From IMG/VR virus record IMGVR_UViG_3300035156_000067, positions 1 to 52,287 of that record: a DNA stretch of 52,287 nucleotides. One strand, written 5' to 3'. The translations under genes and the position numbers were made by a program. This document shows, in pieces, positions 9,925 to 20,341 of the stretch (position 1 is its first letter; each line of letters opens with the position of its first letter). The DNA comes from a virus. Taxonomy: Duplodnaviria; Caudoviricetes. Below the pieces are notes generated by a model that saw only the letters and a list, made by a program, of their open reading frames with translations, did no database searches and was not told where the DNA came from.

Positions 9925-10502
9925 GCCTGATCCTTCCGACGGAGCCCGCACCCAACAACATGGGCGTGGCGCTGATCTCCACCAAGAACACTCTCGTTCC
10001 AGCCACGGGTGGCGATGAGCAGGAGATCCGCCGCAAGGGCAGCAAGTACGCCCTGACCTATTCCATGCCGGTGATGACGTACTCGACCTCGATGGCCTGG
10101 GACGATCTCATGGCCGAAGGCGACACGGCAGTGATGCGGGTTTTTCAACCCGGTTTCGACACCGGCACGCCGGGCACGCCTCTGGTGAACGGAGCTGGTC
10201 AGATCGGATCGGCGATTGTCGTTGACGGCCTGACGCCCGGCTATGTCATCCGCAAGGGCCAGTTCCTGTCGATCGTCACTGGCGGCCAGCGGTTCCTCTA
10301 TCGCGCGCGGGCCGATGTGACCGCTACGGGCGGTTCGGCTACGATCCTGCTCCGCACCCTCCTGCGCCGCCCGCCGGCTGATAACGCCGTGGTCGAGATC
10401 GCTCAGCCCATGATCGAGGGCTTCGTGCGCGATCTGGGCGAATGGTCGGTCGGCATTGAGCGTCTGGTCGGGCTCAAGTTCACGATCCGTGAGCGCGAAT
10501 AA
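9921..10502 (+). CDS. Distal tail protein
   Basis: Directly follows the tape measure gene (GTGA overlap). Confidence 0.65.
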   Translation: MSLILPTEPAPNNMGVALISTKNTLVPATGGDEQEIRRKGSKYALTYSMPVMTYSTSMAWDDLMAEGDTAVMRVFQPGFDTGTPGTPLVNGAGQIGSAIVVDGLTPGYVIRKGQFLSIVTGGQRFLYRARADVTATGGSATILLRTLLRRPPADNAVVEIAQPMIEGFVRDLGEWSVGIERLVGLKFTIRERE

Positions 10503-11143
10503 TGGACGCCACCCATGTCGCTGCGCTCCAGCAGCCGTCCTTCATCAAGGCGACCCTTGTCCGTCTCGACATGCCGGGCGGCGCGATCTGCCTGACCGAC
10601 GGCGGGTTCGTCCCGTTTGATGCAGGTGAAGGAAACGGGGCCGAACTCTACATCGGTCGGCATCCTGTCTACGGCACGCTGAACAGCATCGGCGCGATCA
10701 AGGACGGAGCCGAAGCGCAGACGACGCGGCTCGACCTCAGCATCCTCCCGGCGTCCGATGTCGCCACTGCCGCCCTCGCATCCCCGACCACGCAGGGCGT
10801 TCGCGTCCAGTGGTGGGAAGGCGCAATCGATCCCGACGCAGGCACCCTGATCGGCCAGCCGGAACTCAAGTTTGACGGCGAGATCGACAAGGCCCGGTTT
10901 CAGGTCGGCGATAGCTGGCTGCTGACGCTGGAGTGCGGGACGCAGGCCGAACGTCAGCTCGAGCCGAATGCAGACTGGCGCCTCAACGACGCCTTCCAAC
11001 GCACCATCTGGACCGACGATCTGGGGCTGCAGTTCGTCGACGGGGTCTCTCGCAAGAAGGAATGGCGCTCGCGTCCGGAGAACCCGGGCCTGTTCAAGCG
11101 CCTGCTCAAGGTCTTCTCGCCGATCATCGGGAACCAATTCTGA
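10502..11143 (+). CDS. Tail hub/minor tail protein (gpL/DUF2163-like)
   Basis: Synteny; Q...W..D.GL.FV C-terminal pattern. Confidence 0.65.
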   Translation: MDATHVAALQQPSFIKATLVRLDMPGGAICLTDGGFVPFDAGEGNGAELYIGRHPVYGTLNSIGAIKDGAEAQTTRLDLSILPASDVATAALASPTTQGVRVQWWEGAIDPDAGTLIGQPELKFDGEIDKARFQVGDSWLLTLECGTQAERQLEPNADWRLNDAFQRTIWTDDLGLQFVDGVSRKKEWRSRPENPGLFKRLLKVFSPIIGNQF

Positions 11144-11568
11144 TGCATCCAATGCTGAAGCGACAGGCCGCGACACAAGCCTGCATGGACCGGTTCGCGT
11201 TCAAGCCTGTCGTCCCCGGCGTCCGCGACTGCGGCAAACTGGCGGCGCATGCGATCCATAAGATGGGCCGCTCGGCAACACTGCTCACCGGTACGCGGCA
11301 CAAGACGTTCGCCGGCGCCGTGAAATACATCCGTGGCCTCGGCTTCAAGGATCTGGTCGAGTTGATGGACGCTCTGGGCCTCGACCGCATTCCGCCAGCC
11401 TCAGCCCTGCCCGGCGACATCATCGCCCTGCCCTCGGAGGAAGGCGACGGCTTCGGCTGCTCGCTCGCCATAGCGCTGGATAACGGCCGCATCCTCGGGC
11501 TGAACGCAGCCTCTGGCCTGATTGAACCCATGATCCCGCACCTGTTTGTCGCTGCCTGGAGGGTCTGA
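11143..11568 (+). CDS. NlpC/P60-like tail assembly protein
   Basis: G.RDC and A.PGDI motifs; precedes the tail tip gene. Confidence 0.7.
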   Translation: MHPMLKRQAATQACMDRFAFKPVVPGVRDCGKLAAHAIHKMGRSATLLTGTRHKTFAGAVKYIRGLGFKDLVELMDALGLDRIPPASALPGDIIALPSEEGDGFGCSLAIALDNGRILGLNAASGLIEPMIPHLFVAAWRV

Positions 11569-14500
11569 ATGCCATTCGCCCTGCCCTTGGCTGCGACCGC
11601 TATGGCCGCTGCTGCGCCTGCCGTCGCCGCTTCTGCTGCGACGGCATCGATCACCGCGACATTGACGTCGGTTGCGACCAACATGCTGACCAACATCGCC
11701 ATCTCGGCGGTGATGGCGGCGCTTCAGCCTCAGGTCGGCGCGGCCGGACGCACGAACGAGTGGCTGCTGTCACCTGACGGCCCGATCCCGTTCGCTGCTG
11801 GCCGCATCGGCGTTCCCGGCTCTACGGTCCACAAGGACACGTTCGGCCCTGACCTGATGTACTACGGCATCCCGAGCGTGCTTTCCGGCGCCGGGCCTAT
11901 CGACGGCTTCGAGAGCTTCACGGCTGACGACGAGCCGGTGACGTTCGATGCGACAGGCAAGGCAACGTCCAGCCAGTACGCGGGCGAGCTCTGGTACAAG
12001 AACAGCCATGGCGCCCAGCCCGCCACGGCCATCACGTCCCCGACTGGCCTAAAGAACGGCGCGACGCTGCCGGGCTGGACCTCGGCGCACAAGCTGTCCG
12101 GCCTCGCCAGCTACATGATCGTCATGGGCGAGAACTCGAAAGGGTCCGCCTTCCCGACCGGCGAAATCAAGCCGATGGTCACCTTTCGGGGGCTGAAGGT
12201 CTACGATCCTCGCCTCGACAGCACCTACCCAGGCGGCAGCGGCGCGCATCGCCTCGCTACGCCCTCTACGTGGACCTTCTCCAGTAATCCGGCGCTGTGG
12301 GCGCTGAAGTGGACTCTGGGCCTGTGGGCCGGTCCTACGGGCAAGGGCGCGCCGCAGGTCGACTATCAGGTCGGCGGCATCGGCGCGAAGCTCTCAGGGA
12401 TCGACGTGCCGGCCTTCGTTGCCGCCGCCAATGTCTGTGACGCCAACTCGTGGACCGTCGCTGCCTATCCGACCACGGACGATGACAAGGCCCAGGTCCT
12501 CGACTCCTTCCTGCAAGCTGCCGGCGCGACCTACGCGCAACGTGCGGGCAAGGTCAGCCTCATCCAGCGCGCGGCGCCCCGTACGAGCATCGTCACCATT
12601 TCGGGCCGCGACACTGCCGGGCCTCTGGAGATCGACACGGCGGCCAGCCGCATCGACCGCATCAACACTATCCGTCCGCGCTATTGGGCAGAGTCCGCGC
12701 GCTGGCAGATGCTGGCCCTCCCCGAGGTCACCGCATCCGCCTACCAGACGCAGGACGGCGGCAAGCGGACCCGCGGCATCGATTACACCTACGTCAGCGA
12801 TCCGGTTCAGGCCGCTCAGCTGGCAGCTCTCCAGATCGCGAACACCCGTGAGGGCATCGCCGGGATCATCCCGCTCAAGCCGCATCTTCAGCGCATCCGG
12901 CCCGGCGACGCGTTCACGATCACCGAGGAAGACTTCGTCCTCAACGGAGTCAAATGCCTGTGCCTGAACACGGACTATGACCCTGAGACTGGCGTCGTCC
13001 GGGTGTCGTTCGTCAGCGAGACCGACGCCAAATATCCGTTCGCGATGGGGCAGTCGCCCGACGTGCCCGTCCCGCCGGTTTTGACGCCTGTCGACACGCG
13101 CTACGTCGGCGGCCCGCTGCCGGATGACTGGACCGTTACGCTTCGCCCGCCCGCGACCGGAGGAACCCAGCTCCCGGGTTTGGACCTGACGGGTCTGGTG
13201 AGCAACCTCACGGCCACTGCCATCTTGATCGAATATGGCCCGACCGGAACCGGCCCGTGGAAGCAGGCCTATCAAGGTCCGCCGACGGTGACGAACGTGC
13301 CCATCGACGGTCTGCAGCCCGGCGCGAGCTACTACATCGCCGTCAGCTATCAGCGCGACAGCAACTATTCGCAGCGTCAGGTCTATGGCCCCTTCACCGC
13401 TCCAGAGTTGGTCGCAGGCGACATCAGTCCCGGCGGATCGGCATGGGCCACGATCGTAGACCGGATCAACGAGGCTCTGGCCGAGTTCGACCCAGCGGGC
13501 GCTATCGGTGATCAGCTGAATGCACTGGAGGCCGCAGACGACGCCTTGCAGGCCTCGCTTGCCGCTATCGACACAGACCTCGACGGTCTGGCTTCCGTGG
13601 TCTCCAGCCACACGAGTCAGATCGCGGGCAAGGCCTTGATCACCGACCTGAACGCCCAGATCGCGCGGATCAACGGCGTCGAGGCCGTCAACGCGACCCA
13701 GAACACAGCGCTGGTCGACCTGAGCCTGAACAAGGCGGAGGCCTCCAGCCTGACCACAACTCAGGCCGAGATCGCCAATGCGCGTGACGGTCAATCGTCC
13801 CTGCTGGCGAAGCTGCAGGCGATGCGGACGGCGCAGGTCGGCGACGACTCTGCCCTCGCCACCCTGATCAGCAATGTGACGGCGCGCACGGCCAATACCG
13901 AAGCCGACATCGTCGATCTGGAGATTGCTCAGGCGAACGAAAGCCTGGCTCGGGCGCAGGCGATCCAGCAGGTAACGGCCCGGTCGGCTCACCGCGATAA
14001 TCTCTTGCCTAACGGAGGCTTCGAACGGGGAACCGAAGGCATCACGGCCGTCCGCATCAGTGACGGCGTGACGATATCCCTAGGCATCGGCATCGTCGAC
14101 GGCCCGAACGGTCGTTGCCTGAACATTGGTCCTTACGGCGCCGGTCTGTATGTCATCGAGTGGCCGGACTTCGTGGTCTATCCGGACGATGCCTACACCC
14201 TCACTGGCGACGCTGCCGTGTTCAGCATCGGGTCGGTTGACCAGACCTATTTCGATCTTCAAATGCGCGGGCCGTCTGGTGAAGACCTCGGGCCGGCGGG
14301 CGACGGCGGGCAGACAATACAGTTTGGGTCGCGTGACTTTGCGCTTGCCAATCGGGACGCCTACGCGGTCACGACCACGACGCCATCTGGTGCTGGCCGT
14401 GCCCGTGCCCGGTTCGTCATAAACTGCGCAACGGCGCCCACGTTGATCCAGCTTCGCCAGGTGAAGGCTGAGCGCGGCGCAGCGCCCCCGACGGCCTATT

Positions 14501-15345
14501 CCGCCGAACAAGCAGATCGGGCGCTTTCTGCGTCCGTCACCTCTCAGTCGCTTGCCGTCATCGATCTGGAGCTTCAGCAGGCCGTTGCGCGCTGGAACGT
14601 CCGAACGGCGGCGGTCGGGAGCAAGCCGACGGTCCTTGAGCTTCTGTCCGGCTATTACGGATCGGCCATCGCCATGACGGCGGAGCAGATCTACTTCGGC
14701 GACAACACTGTTTTCGACGATGCGACCGACACCCTGACCACGACCATCGGCTCGGTCCGCTACATTACCGCGTGGGGCGCCCCCTTCGGGTCGGACAGCC
14801 TGACCCATTGGGTCGGCCCTACGTCAGTCGGTCCTGCTGGCGCGACTAAGGCGAACGCCGAAGCTGTCGGCGGCCAGTGGCGCGACAACACCGGCGACTC
14901 CCTGTTCGGAGGTAAGACGTTAAGCGGCCCTTTTGACTCTGGGACGGCCAGCGCGACGGAAATCAATCTGCCGAAGAACGTCTGGACCACGGTCGCCACG
15001 GTCGATCGCGGCATGCAGACGGCGGGCTATCTCATGGGCCGCGTGCCGTTCGACATCCGGGTCACTGGAGCCTCAGGCGGCGACGACGACTACGGGTTCT
15101 CTTACAGGATCGCCGTCACCAATGCAGACGGGGCCGGGCTGGTCGAGATAGCGGGCAACTTCGCGACAGGCCTCCCGAATGCGTGGCTCGCCCAAGGCGG
15201 GGCGCAAGGCACGCTGCTCGAAGGTGCGGTCACCCTCGCCTCCCGCGGCATGAAGAAGATCATCCTGCAGATCAACCCGACCGGCGCGAACATCGCAACC
15301 GCGACTGCCCGCAACGGTCGCCTTCGCGGCCTCTACGGCGCCTGA
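11569..15345 (+). CDS. Tail tip/central fibre (lambda J-like) host-specificity protein
   Basis: 1258 aa; G.KVYDPR and NPAL motifs, FN3-like GLQPG.SY segment, coiled coil and NLLPNGGFE beta-sandwich start. Confidence 0.88.
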   Translation: MPFALPLAATAMAAAAPAVAASAATASITATLTSVATNMLTNIAISAVMAALQPQVGAAGRTNEWLLSPDGPIPFAAGRIGVPGSTVHKDTFGPDLMYYGIPSVLSGAGPIDGFESFTADDEPVTFDATGKATSSQYAGELWYKNSHGAQPATAITSPTGLKNGATLPGWTSAHKLSGLASYMIVMGENSKGSAFPTGEIKPMVTFRGLKVYDPRLDSTYPGGSGAHRLATPSTWTFSSNPALWALKWTLGLWAGPTGKGAPQVDYQVGGIGAKLSGIDVPAFVAAANVCDANSWTVAAYPTTDDDKAQVLDSFLQAAGATYAQRAGKVSLIQRAAPRTSIVTISGRDTAGPLEIDTAASRIDRINTIRPRYWAESARWQMLALPEVTASAYQTQDGGKRTRGIDYTYVSDPVQAAQLAALQIANTREGIAGIIPLKPHLQRIRPGDAFTITEEDFVLNGVKCLCLNTDYDPETGVVRVSFVSETDAKYPFAMGQSPDVPVPPVLTPVDTRYVGGPLPDDWTVTLRPPATGGTQLPGLDLTGLVSNLTATAILIEYGPTGTGPWKQAYQGPPTVTNVPIDGLQPGASYYIAVSYQRDSNYSQRQVYGPFTAPELVAGDISPGGSAWATIVDRINEALAEFDPAGAIGDQLNALEAADDALQASLAAIDTDLDGLASVVSSHTSQIAGKALITDLNAQIARINGVEAVNATQNTALVDLSLNKAEASSLTTTQAEIANARDGQSSLLAKLQAMRTAQVGDDSALATLISNVTARTANTEADIVDLEIAQANESLARAQAIQQVTARSAHRDNLLPNGGFERGTEGITAVRISDGVTISLGIGIVDGPNGRCLNIGPYGAGLYVIEWPDFVVYPDDAYTLTGDAAVFSIGSVDQTYFDLQMRGPSGEDLGPAGDGGQTIQFGSRDFALANRDAYAVTTTTPSGAGRARARFVINCATAPTLIQLRQVKAERGAAPPTAYSAEQADRALSASVTSQSLAVIDLELQQAVARWNVRTAAVGSKPTVLELLSGYYGSAIAMTAEQIYFGDNTVFDDATDTLTTTIGSVRYITAWGAPFGSDSLTHWVGPTSVGPAGATKANAEAVGGQWRDNTGDSLFGGKTLSGPFDSGTASATEINLPKNVWTTVATVDRGMQTAGYLMGRVPFDIRVTGASGGDDDYGFSYRIAVTNADGAGLVEIAGNFATGLPNAWLAQGGAQGTLLEGAVTLASRGMKKIILQINPTGANIATATARNGRLRGLYGA

Positions 15346-15375
15346 ACCAACCACCCTCAACCCGGAGCCTGAACC

Positions 15376-15513
15376 ATGTCTGATCCCATCGTCATCGGCG
15401 CGATCGTAGTCGCCGTTCTCATCGTCGCGTTCGTCATCCTCGCAAACCGCAAGCCCGGGTCGTCAAAGGGCGGCAAGTCGGCCGGCGGCAACGTCGACAG
15501 CCAGGAGCGCTAG
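15376..15513 (+). CDS. 45-aa single-TM protein (not in the ORF track)
   Basis: GGAG RBS; MSDPIVIGAIVVAVLIVAFVILANRKPGSS...ER; its end carries the RBS of the next gene. Confidence 0.7.
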   Translation: MSDPIVIGAIVVAVLIVAFVILANRKPGSSKGGKSAGGNVDSQER

Positions 15514-15516
15514 GAT

Positions 15517-15861
15517 ATGACCGCCAAGACAAAAGCCGAGAAGCTGGCCGACGCCAACGCGGCAATTGCTGAGGCGCAGGGGCAAGCCAACGCATTGATG
15601 CTAGATAGCGCTCAGGCGGCGAAAGCGGCCCTGACCGGTCCGAAGGTCGAGGCATTCCTCGCCGACGTTCAGTCCGCTCTGGCCGACACGCTGGATGACC
15701 TTGCGCGGCCAGCTGGCCAGCCCAGCTCTGCAGAGGGTTCGAAGCAATCCCTTCAGCGCATCGTGTCCGCCATCGAGGCCGGTCGCGCGATGATCGATCA
15801 GCGCATTGAGAAGCTGTCGCCTCCAGTCACGCCTGCTGCAGCCCCAGAGCCTACGGCCTGA
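15517..15861 (+). CDS. Hypothetical helical protein
   Basis: RBS, operon packing. Confidence 0.65.
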   Translation: MTAKTKAEKLADANAAIAEAQGQANALMLDSAQAAKAALTGPKVEAFLADVQSALADTLDDLARPAGQPSSAEGSKQSLQRIVSAIEAGRAMIDQRIEKLSPPVTPAAAPEPTA

Positions 15862-15925
15862 TCTTCCTACCCGCGCCGCCTTCGCGTCGGCTGCCTCTCC
15901 ACACTAACGGCGCGGAGTATCGCCT

Positions 15926-16318
15926 ATGCCTGAACGCGCTCGCGACATTGTCGAGTTGGTCATTGCTGCCGGAGGCGGCGCCGGGATCACAGGCCTGTTC
16001 TCATGGCTGAACGGACGGAAACCGGGCGAGGCCTCCATTCTCGCGGCCACGGCCCAGCTGCAGGAAGCTCTGAACAAGGCTGCCGAGCATCAGATGTCTG
16101 GACTGCGGGGTGAAGTGGCCACGCTGAAAGCGGAGATGGCCACCCTGAGGGGCGAGCTGGCCAACGAACGGCAGAGGTCGAACAGCCTCGAAAGCATCCT
16201 TCGAAGGAACGGGTACGACCTATCCGCGGCGAAAGAGCCCGGCGCCTACACCGTCATCGATCCCGCCACTCAGACAGCGACCATCACGCCAGCGCCGAAG
16301 AATGGAGAACGGCCATGA
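15926..16318 (+). CDS. Membrane-anchored coiled-coil protein (holin-associated type)
   Basis: N-terminal hydrophobic Gly-rich helix followed by a coiled coil. Confidence 0.55.
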   Translation: MPERARDIVELVIAAGGGAGITGLFSWLNGRKPGEASILAATAQLQEALNKAAEHQMSGLRGEVATLKAEMATLRGELANERQRSNSLESILRRNGYDLSAAKEPGAYTVIDPATQTATITPAPKNGERP

Positions 16319-16614
16319 ACCTTCCAATCATCATCCGTGTTCCGCCCCTCCCTCAGACCACGACTATCCTCGCGTTGATGCTGATGACGGGCGTCCTGCT
16401 CTACACGCCCATGCTGGCGTGGCTGGGCGATGCCGTGCCCGCCGCATTCACGGACGAGGTGATCTCGACTGGCAAGTTCTTCCGTGACGCGCTGTTGCTG
16501 GTCCTCGGGTTCTACTTCGCCAAGGTCGTCAACGCGGGTCAGCAGGACATGGCGAACCGGGCGATCGATGCCGCCGTTGCGTCCACGCCGCCAACCGCTC
16601 CGCCAGCCGAATAG
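16315..16614 (+). CDS. Putative holin (2 TM)
   Basis: Two TM helices ending in LVLGFYF, a common holin pattern. Confidence 0.6.
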   Translation: MNLPIIIRVPPLPQTTTILALMLMTGVLLYTPMLAWLGDAVPAAFTDEVISTGKFFRDALLLVLGFYFAKVVNAGQQDMANRAIDAAVASTPPTAPPAE

Positions 16615-16647
16615 CCCTCCCCTCAACCTGACCGAATGGAGGCCCGG

Positions 16648-17262
16648 ATGTCGGCTGCCCTTATCCCTGCCCAACTGGTTCCCATCGCGCGTACCGATGC
16701 GGACTGGGCGTTCGACATCGACTTTCAGGGTGAAGACTGGACGAGCTCGACGGTGAAGGTCGCGTTCGCGCGGCAGGGGCTTAGGGGCGATGGACCGCCA
16801 GAGCCCCTCTTCGAAATCGACGCCGTGACACCCTCGGCGGATATGGCCTGCGCTATCCGCCTGCCCGCGTCCGTCTTGGCCACCAAGGAACCCGGCACCT
16901 ACAGCGTCGAGGTCCGCCGGTTCGATGCCGACGCCATCGACGACGCGGCCGTGTTCAAGCTGATGCTGTATCGCGGGACCTCGGTTGAAGGGACCGTCGC
17001 TCCACCCGTTGGCGACGGCACGGCAACCGGCGGCGTGATCGTCAGTCGGGTCAGCACTGTGACCGTCGTTCGCAGTGGCGGGATCATGGGGCCTCCCGGC
17101 GCGACAGACGCCGACTTCATCGCCTTCGACCCGACCGGCACGGACCTTGTCTCCGTCACGCTGGGCAACGCCATCCGCGAGCTGGCGAACCGTGAGCCGA
17201 CCGGCCCAACCGATCCCCTTCCCTTCTGGACCACCAACCCCGGCCTTCTTGGAGCCATCTGA
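16648..17262 (+). CDS. Putative virion accessory protein (Ig-like N-terminus)
   Basis: GGAGG RBS; beta-rich, G.Y..EV motif, short GxxGPPG segment. Confidence 0.5.
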   Translation: MSAALIPAQLVPIARTDADWAFDIDFQGEDWTSSTVKVAFARQGLRGDGPPEPLFEIDAVTPSADMACAIRLPASVLATKEPGTYSVEVRRFDADAIDDAAVFKLMLYRGTSVEGTVAPPVGDGTATGGVIVSRVSTVTVVRSGGIMGPPGATDADFIAFDPTGTDLVSVTLGNAIRELANREPTGPTDPLPFWTTNPGLLGAI

Positions 17263-18002
17263 TGACCCTTTCGATCACCGCGCCGGGCTCGGCGAACCTC
17301 AAGTCCAACCTCGACGGCGGCGAACATGTCGTGGTCCATTCCGAGGACACGACGCAGCGCGCGGCGCTGTTGGCTGCTCTGGCCGCTCTCGACCCTGACG
17401 TGGGCTTGGCTGCCGTCGTTACGGCTCTGGGCGGCACCCTTGCCATATCGGCCTCTGCCCTTCCCCTCCCTGCCGGAGCTGCTACTCAGACCACCCTTGC
17501 CGCCCTGTTGGCCAAGATCATCGCCGCTCCCGCCACGGAAGCCAAACAGGACGCAGGGAACACCGCTCTCGGCCTGCTGGCGACCCAGACCACGGCGGCT
17601 GCCATCCTCGCCAAGCTGTCGGCCGATCCGGCGACGCAGACCACCCTCGCGGCGGTTCTGGCCAAGATGATTGCCGCCCCGGCGACTGAGGCAAAGCAGG
17701 ACACCAACACTGCTGCCGTCGCTCTGGTCGGCACCCGCGCTCACGGTACGCCAGCCGCCCGCGTCGCTGTCGCAGGAACCACGGCCTACTCCACCGCCAT
17801 CACGGCAACTGAGGTTCTACTACACGCATCGACCCGCTGTTTCGTTCAGGCTGTCGCCGGGACCGGGACGCCAGCCGTCACGACCGACGCCATCCCGCTC
17901 GAGATCGGCGAGAAGTTCTATCTGCGCATCACCTCGGGCCAGCGCATCGGCGTCATTCAGGACACCGCAGCCGGGTTCCTCAACGTCGTGCCGGTGGCCT
18001 AA
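17262..18002 (+). CDS. Ala/Thr-rich repeat protein (putative fibre shaft)
   Basis: Repeated ATQTTLAA.LAK.IAAPATEAKQD units. Confidence 0.55.
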   Translation: MTLSITAPGSANLKSNLDGGEHVVVHSEDTTQRAALLAALAALDPDVGLAAVVTALGGTLAISASALPLPAGAATQTTLAALLAKIIAAPATEAKQDAGNTALGLLATQTTAAAILAKLSADPATQTTLAAVLAKMIAAPATEAKQDTNTAAVALVGTRAHGTPAARVAVAGTTAYSTAITATEVLLHASTRCFVQAVAGTGTPAVTTDAIPLEIGEKFYLRITSGQRIGVIQDTAAGFLNVVPVA

Positions 18003-18005
18003 GCC

Positions 18006-19715
18006 ATGCTTCTGCGTCCCGGCCGGGTAGGCAGACTAGGCGCCACCCGTAACAGGGGCGGGGGCGCTCCCGCTGGCGGACCGTTCGATTACAACCCGCT
18101 GACGGCGCGTTACGTCTGGACCGGGGACAGCATCGCTTCCCTTCAAGACATGACCGACTTCATTAACGGCGGGATCGGCGTCGCTGGCGGGGCCTCGCCT
18201 CGGCCGCCCTATGCCGGTCAGTCGGTGTCAGGCTCTGAGATCAATGAGGGCACTGTCGCCACAAACGTGAAAGACGTTCTGTACCCGACCCGCCTCCAGC
18301 TTTTCATCGATGCGATTCTGCCGGGTGACATCGCGGCGATCTATGTCGGCACGAACAGCTCCGGCACGGGCCAGAACACGACGGCTCAGATGATCGCTGG
18401 CTACACCGAACTAGCAGGCCGTGCGCTCGCTAAAGGCGCGTTTGTCGAAATCGGCACCATCCTGCCTTCAGCCTCGAACGCCAGCACAATGCTGGACGAG
18501 ACCAACGCATGGATAAGGAACCTCGAAACAACGGGCTTGACCTACGACGGCGTCACCTACCCCGGCACTAAGTTCCTCGTGGTAGACGGCTATACTGCGC
18601 TTGGCGAAACCTACGTCGGGAACACCGATAGCGGAAATCTGCACATCAACACGCTGGGCCGTCAGAAGATTTCCCGCAAGCGCCGCGATGCCTACAAGGC
18701 CAAGGGGCGCGCCTATGTGCCACGCATGTTCGGGGTGACGAACCCAGCCGACAACTTGATGACCAACTGGGCGCTGACGGGGACAGGCGGGACGTTGACG
18801 GGATCGGGGACGCTGACCAACAACGGCGTCCCGACCGGCCTCGCCATCGCCAACGCCATTGCGGGCCTCTCGATCACCGCCGAGACTGTGACCGGCTTCA
18901 CCGGTGTAGACAGCCTTTATTCCGGCGTTGCCCCTTGGCCGGTGTCCAAGATCACCGTCACGGGAACGAGCACGGAGGTCACCGACAAGGACATCACGCT
19001 CACGATGGCGCAGACCCTGACCAGCGAACCCGCTGGGTCGGCCTATGACTCGTCAGCCTATCTCCTGATGAAGGGTATCGGCGCGACGGAAGACCCAACC
19101 GGGCTGTTCGCTTACCAGTTCGGCTACGGATCGGTGACCCGCTTCTTTCAGACCAACAGCTCCAAGCTCACGAACTACGCGAAGGTGTCCCTGAGAGAAG
19201 AGGTGGTTGCGCGCGGGCGGATGATCCCGGCCGTTCAAGCGTTCGGCAACTCGTCCATCGTCGCCAGCTTCCGGGTCTTGGCTGGAGACACCGTCAGCTT
19301 TGAAATCTACTTCGGCCAACCTTACGCCAACAAGGCAGAGCGGGTCGCCTATGGCGTTCCAAAGTCCCTGAACACGGATCAGGACGGCATCGGCGGCATC
19401 CTCGCGACAGGTCCGCAAGTCGGCACGAGCAACACCAGCTTTCTTGTTGCGAACGGCACGGCCCTCACCGGTCGTCCGGGACTGGCGTGGTACGGCGGCG
19501 GGCTGACCTTCCAGTTCACGTGGGAGAAGCTGGCCGTTGACGGCGTGACGGTCTCAACCCTCGCAGGGCCAACCACGGTAACAACGGTTCTGGCCTCCAC
19601 GCAGTTCACCCCCTCGGGGTTGGTGACCGGCGAGAAGGTTCGACAGAAGGTCACGGCGACCAACTCCTTCGGCAGCGGCATCGCCTATTCCGTTTGGTCA
19701 AACGCCCACGCCTAG
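18006..19715 (+). CDS. SGNH/GDSL esterase-domain protein (putative spike/receptor-binding protein)
   Basis: GDSI (block I), GTN (block III) and NLH.N..G (block V variant), followed by Thr/Gly-rich beta domains. Confidence 0.75.
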   Translation: MLLRPGRVGRLGATRNRGGGAPAGGPFDYNPLTARYVWTGDSIASLQDMTDFINGGIGVAGGASPRPPYAGQSVSGSEINEGTVATNVKDVLYPTRLQLFIDAILPGDIAAIYVGTNSSGTGQNTTAQMIAGYTELAGRALAKGAFVEIGTILPSASNASTMLDETNAWIRNLETTGLTYDGVTYPGTKFLVVDGYTALGETYVGNTDSGNLHINTLGRQKISRKRRDAYKAKGRAYVPRMFGVTNPADNLMTNWALTGTGGTLTGSGTLTNNGVPTGLAIANAIAGLSITAETVTGFTGVDSLYSGVAPWPVSKITVTGTSTEVTDKDITLTMAQTLTSEPAGSAYDSSAYLLMKGIGATEDPTGLFAYQFGYGSVTRFFQTNSSKLTNYAKVSLREEVVARGRMIPAVQAFGNSSIVASFRVLAGDTVSFEIYFGQPYANKAERVAYGVPKSLNTDQDGIGGILATGPQVGTSNTSFLVANGTALTGRPGLAWYGGGLTFQFTWEKLAVDGVTVSTLAGPTTVTTVLASTQFTPSGLVTGEKVRQKVTATNSFGSGIAYSVWSNAHA

Positions 19716-19864
19716 ACCCCACGCGTCTACTCAGCCTGAAGGTGCGGCGACCCATCCCGCATCGCTTTGTCCGCAGGCGGGTCGCCTAAGAGCCGTTCGG
19801 TCGGTCCGACCCCTGCGCTGCTGAACGCACAGTTAAATCAAATCGACAACCTGGAGACTGCCCC

Positions 19865-20341
19865 ATGACCTATTCGCTAGGTGCGAAGTCGCGCGCCGAA
19901 CTCAAAGGCGTCGATCCCGATCTCATCCGCGTCGTTGAGCGCGCGATCCAGATCACTGCGCAGGATTTCAGCGTCCACGATGGCCTCCGGACTGCCGAGG
20001 AGCAAAAGCGGCTCGTCGCGGCGGGCGCGTCTCAGACCATGAACTCGATGCACCGGGCTCAGGCTGACGGCTTCGGCCATGCCGTGGACCTCGTCCCCTT
20101 CATCAATGGCAAGCTGCGTTGGGAATGGCCAGCCATCTACCCGATCGCCGCCGCCGTCTGGCAGGCCTCGCGCGAGTTGGGAGTGCCCATCCGTTGGGGC
20201 GGCGCCTGGATCAACATGGCGGACATTAAGATTGGGACGCCCGGCGCGATGAAGGCGGCCGTTGATGCCTACGGAGCCGCGCGCCGCAAGCTGGGCAAGG
20301 CCGCTTTCACGGACGGCCCGCATTTCGAGCTGGCCCGCTAA
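19865..20341 (+). CDS. Endolysin, M15-family L-Ala-D-Glu peptidase
   Basis: GLRT..EQ, S.H, GHAVD, IRWGG.W and DGPHFEL motifs. Confidence 0.92.
   Translation: MTYSLGAKSRAELKGVDPDLIRVVERAIQITAQDFSVHDGLRTAEEQKRLVAAGASQTMNSMHRAQADGFGHAVDLVPFINGKLRWEWPAIYPIAAAVWQASRELGVPIRWGGAWINMADIKIGTPGAMKAAVDAYGAARRKLGKAAFTDGPHFELAR

Noticed and set aside
11569-19715. Diversity-generating retroelement or invertase shufflon acting on tail genes
   Set aside because: No reverse transcriptase, invertase, or TR/VR-like duplicated segment was seen.
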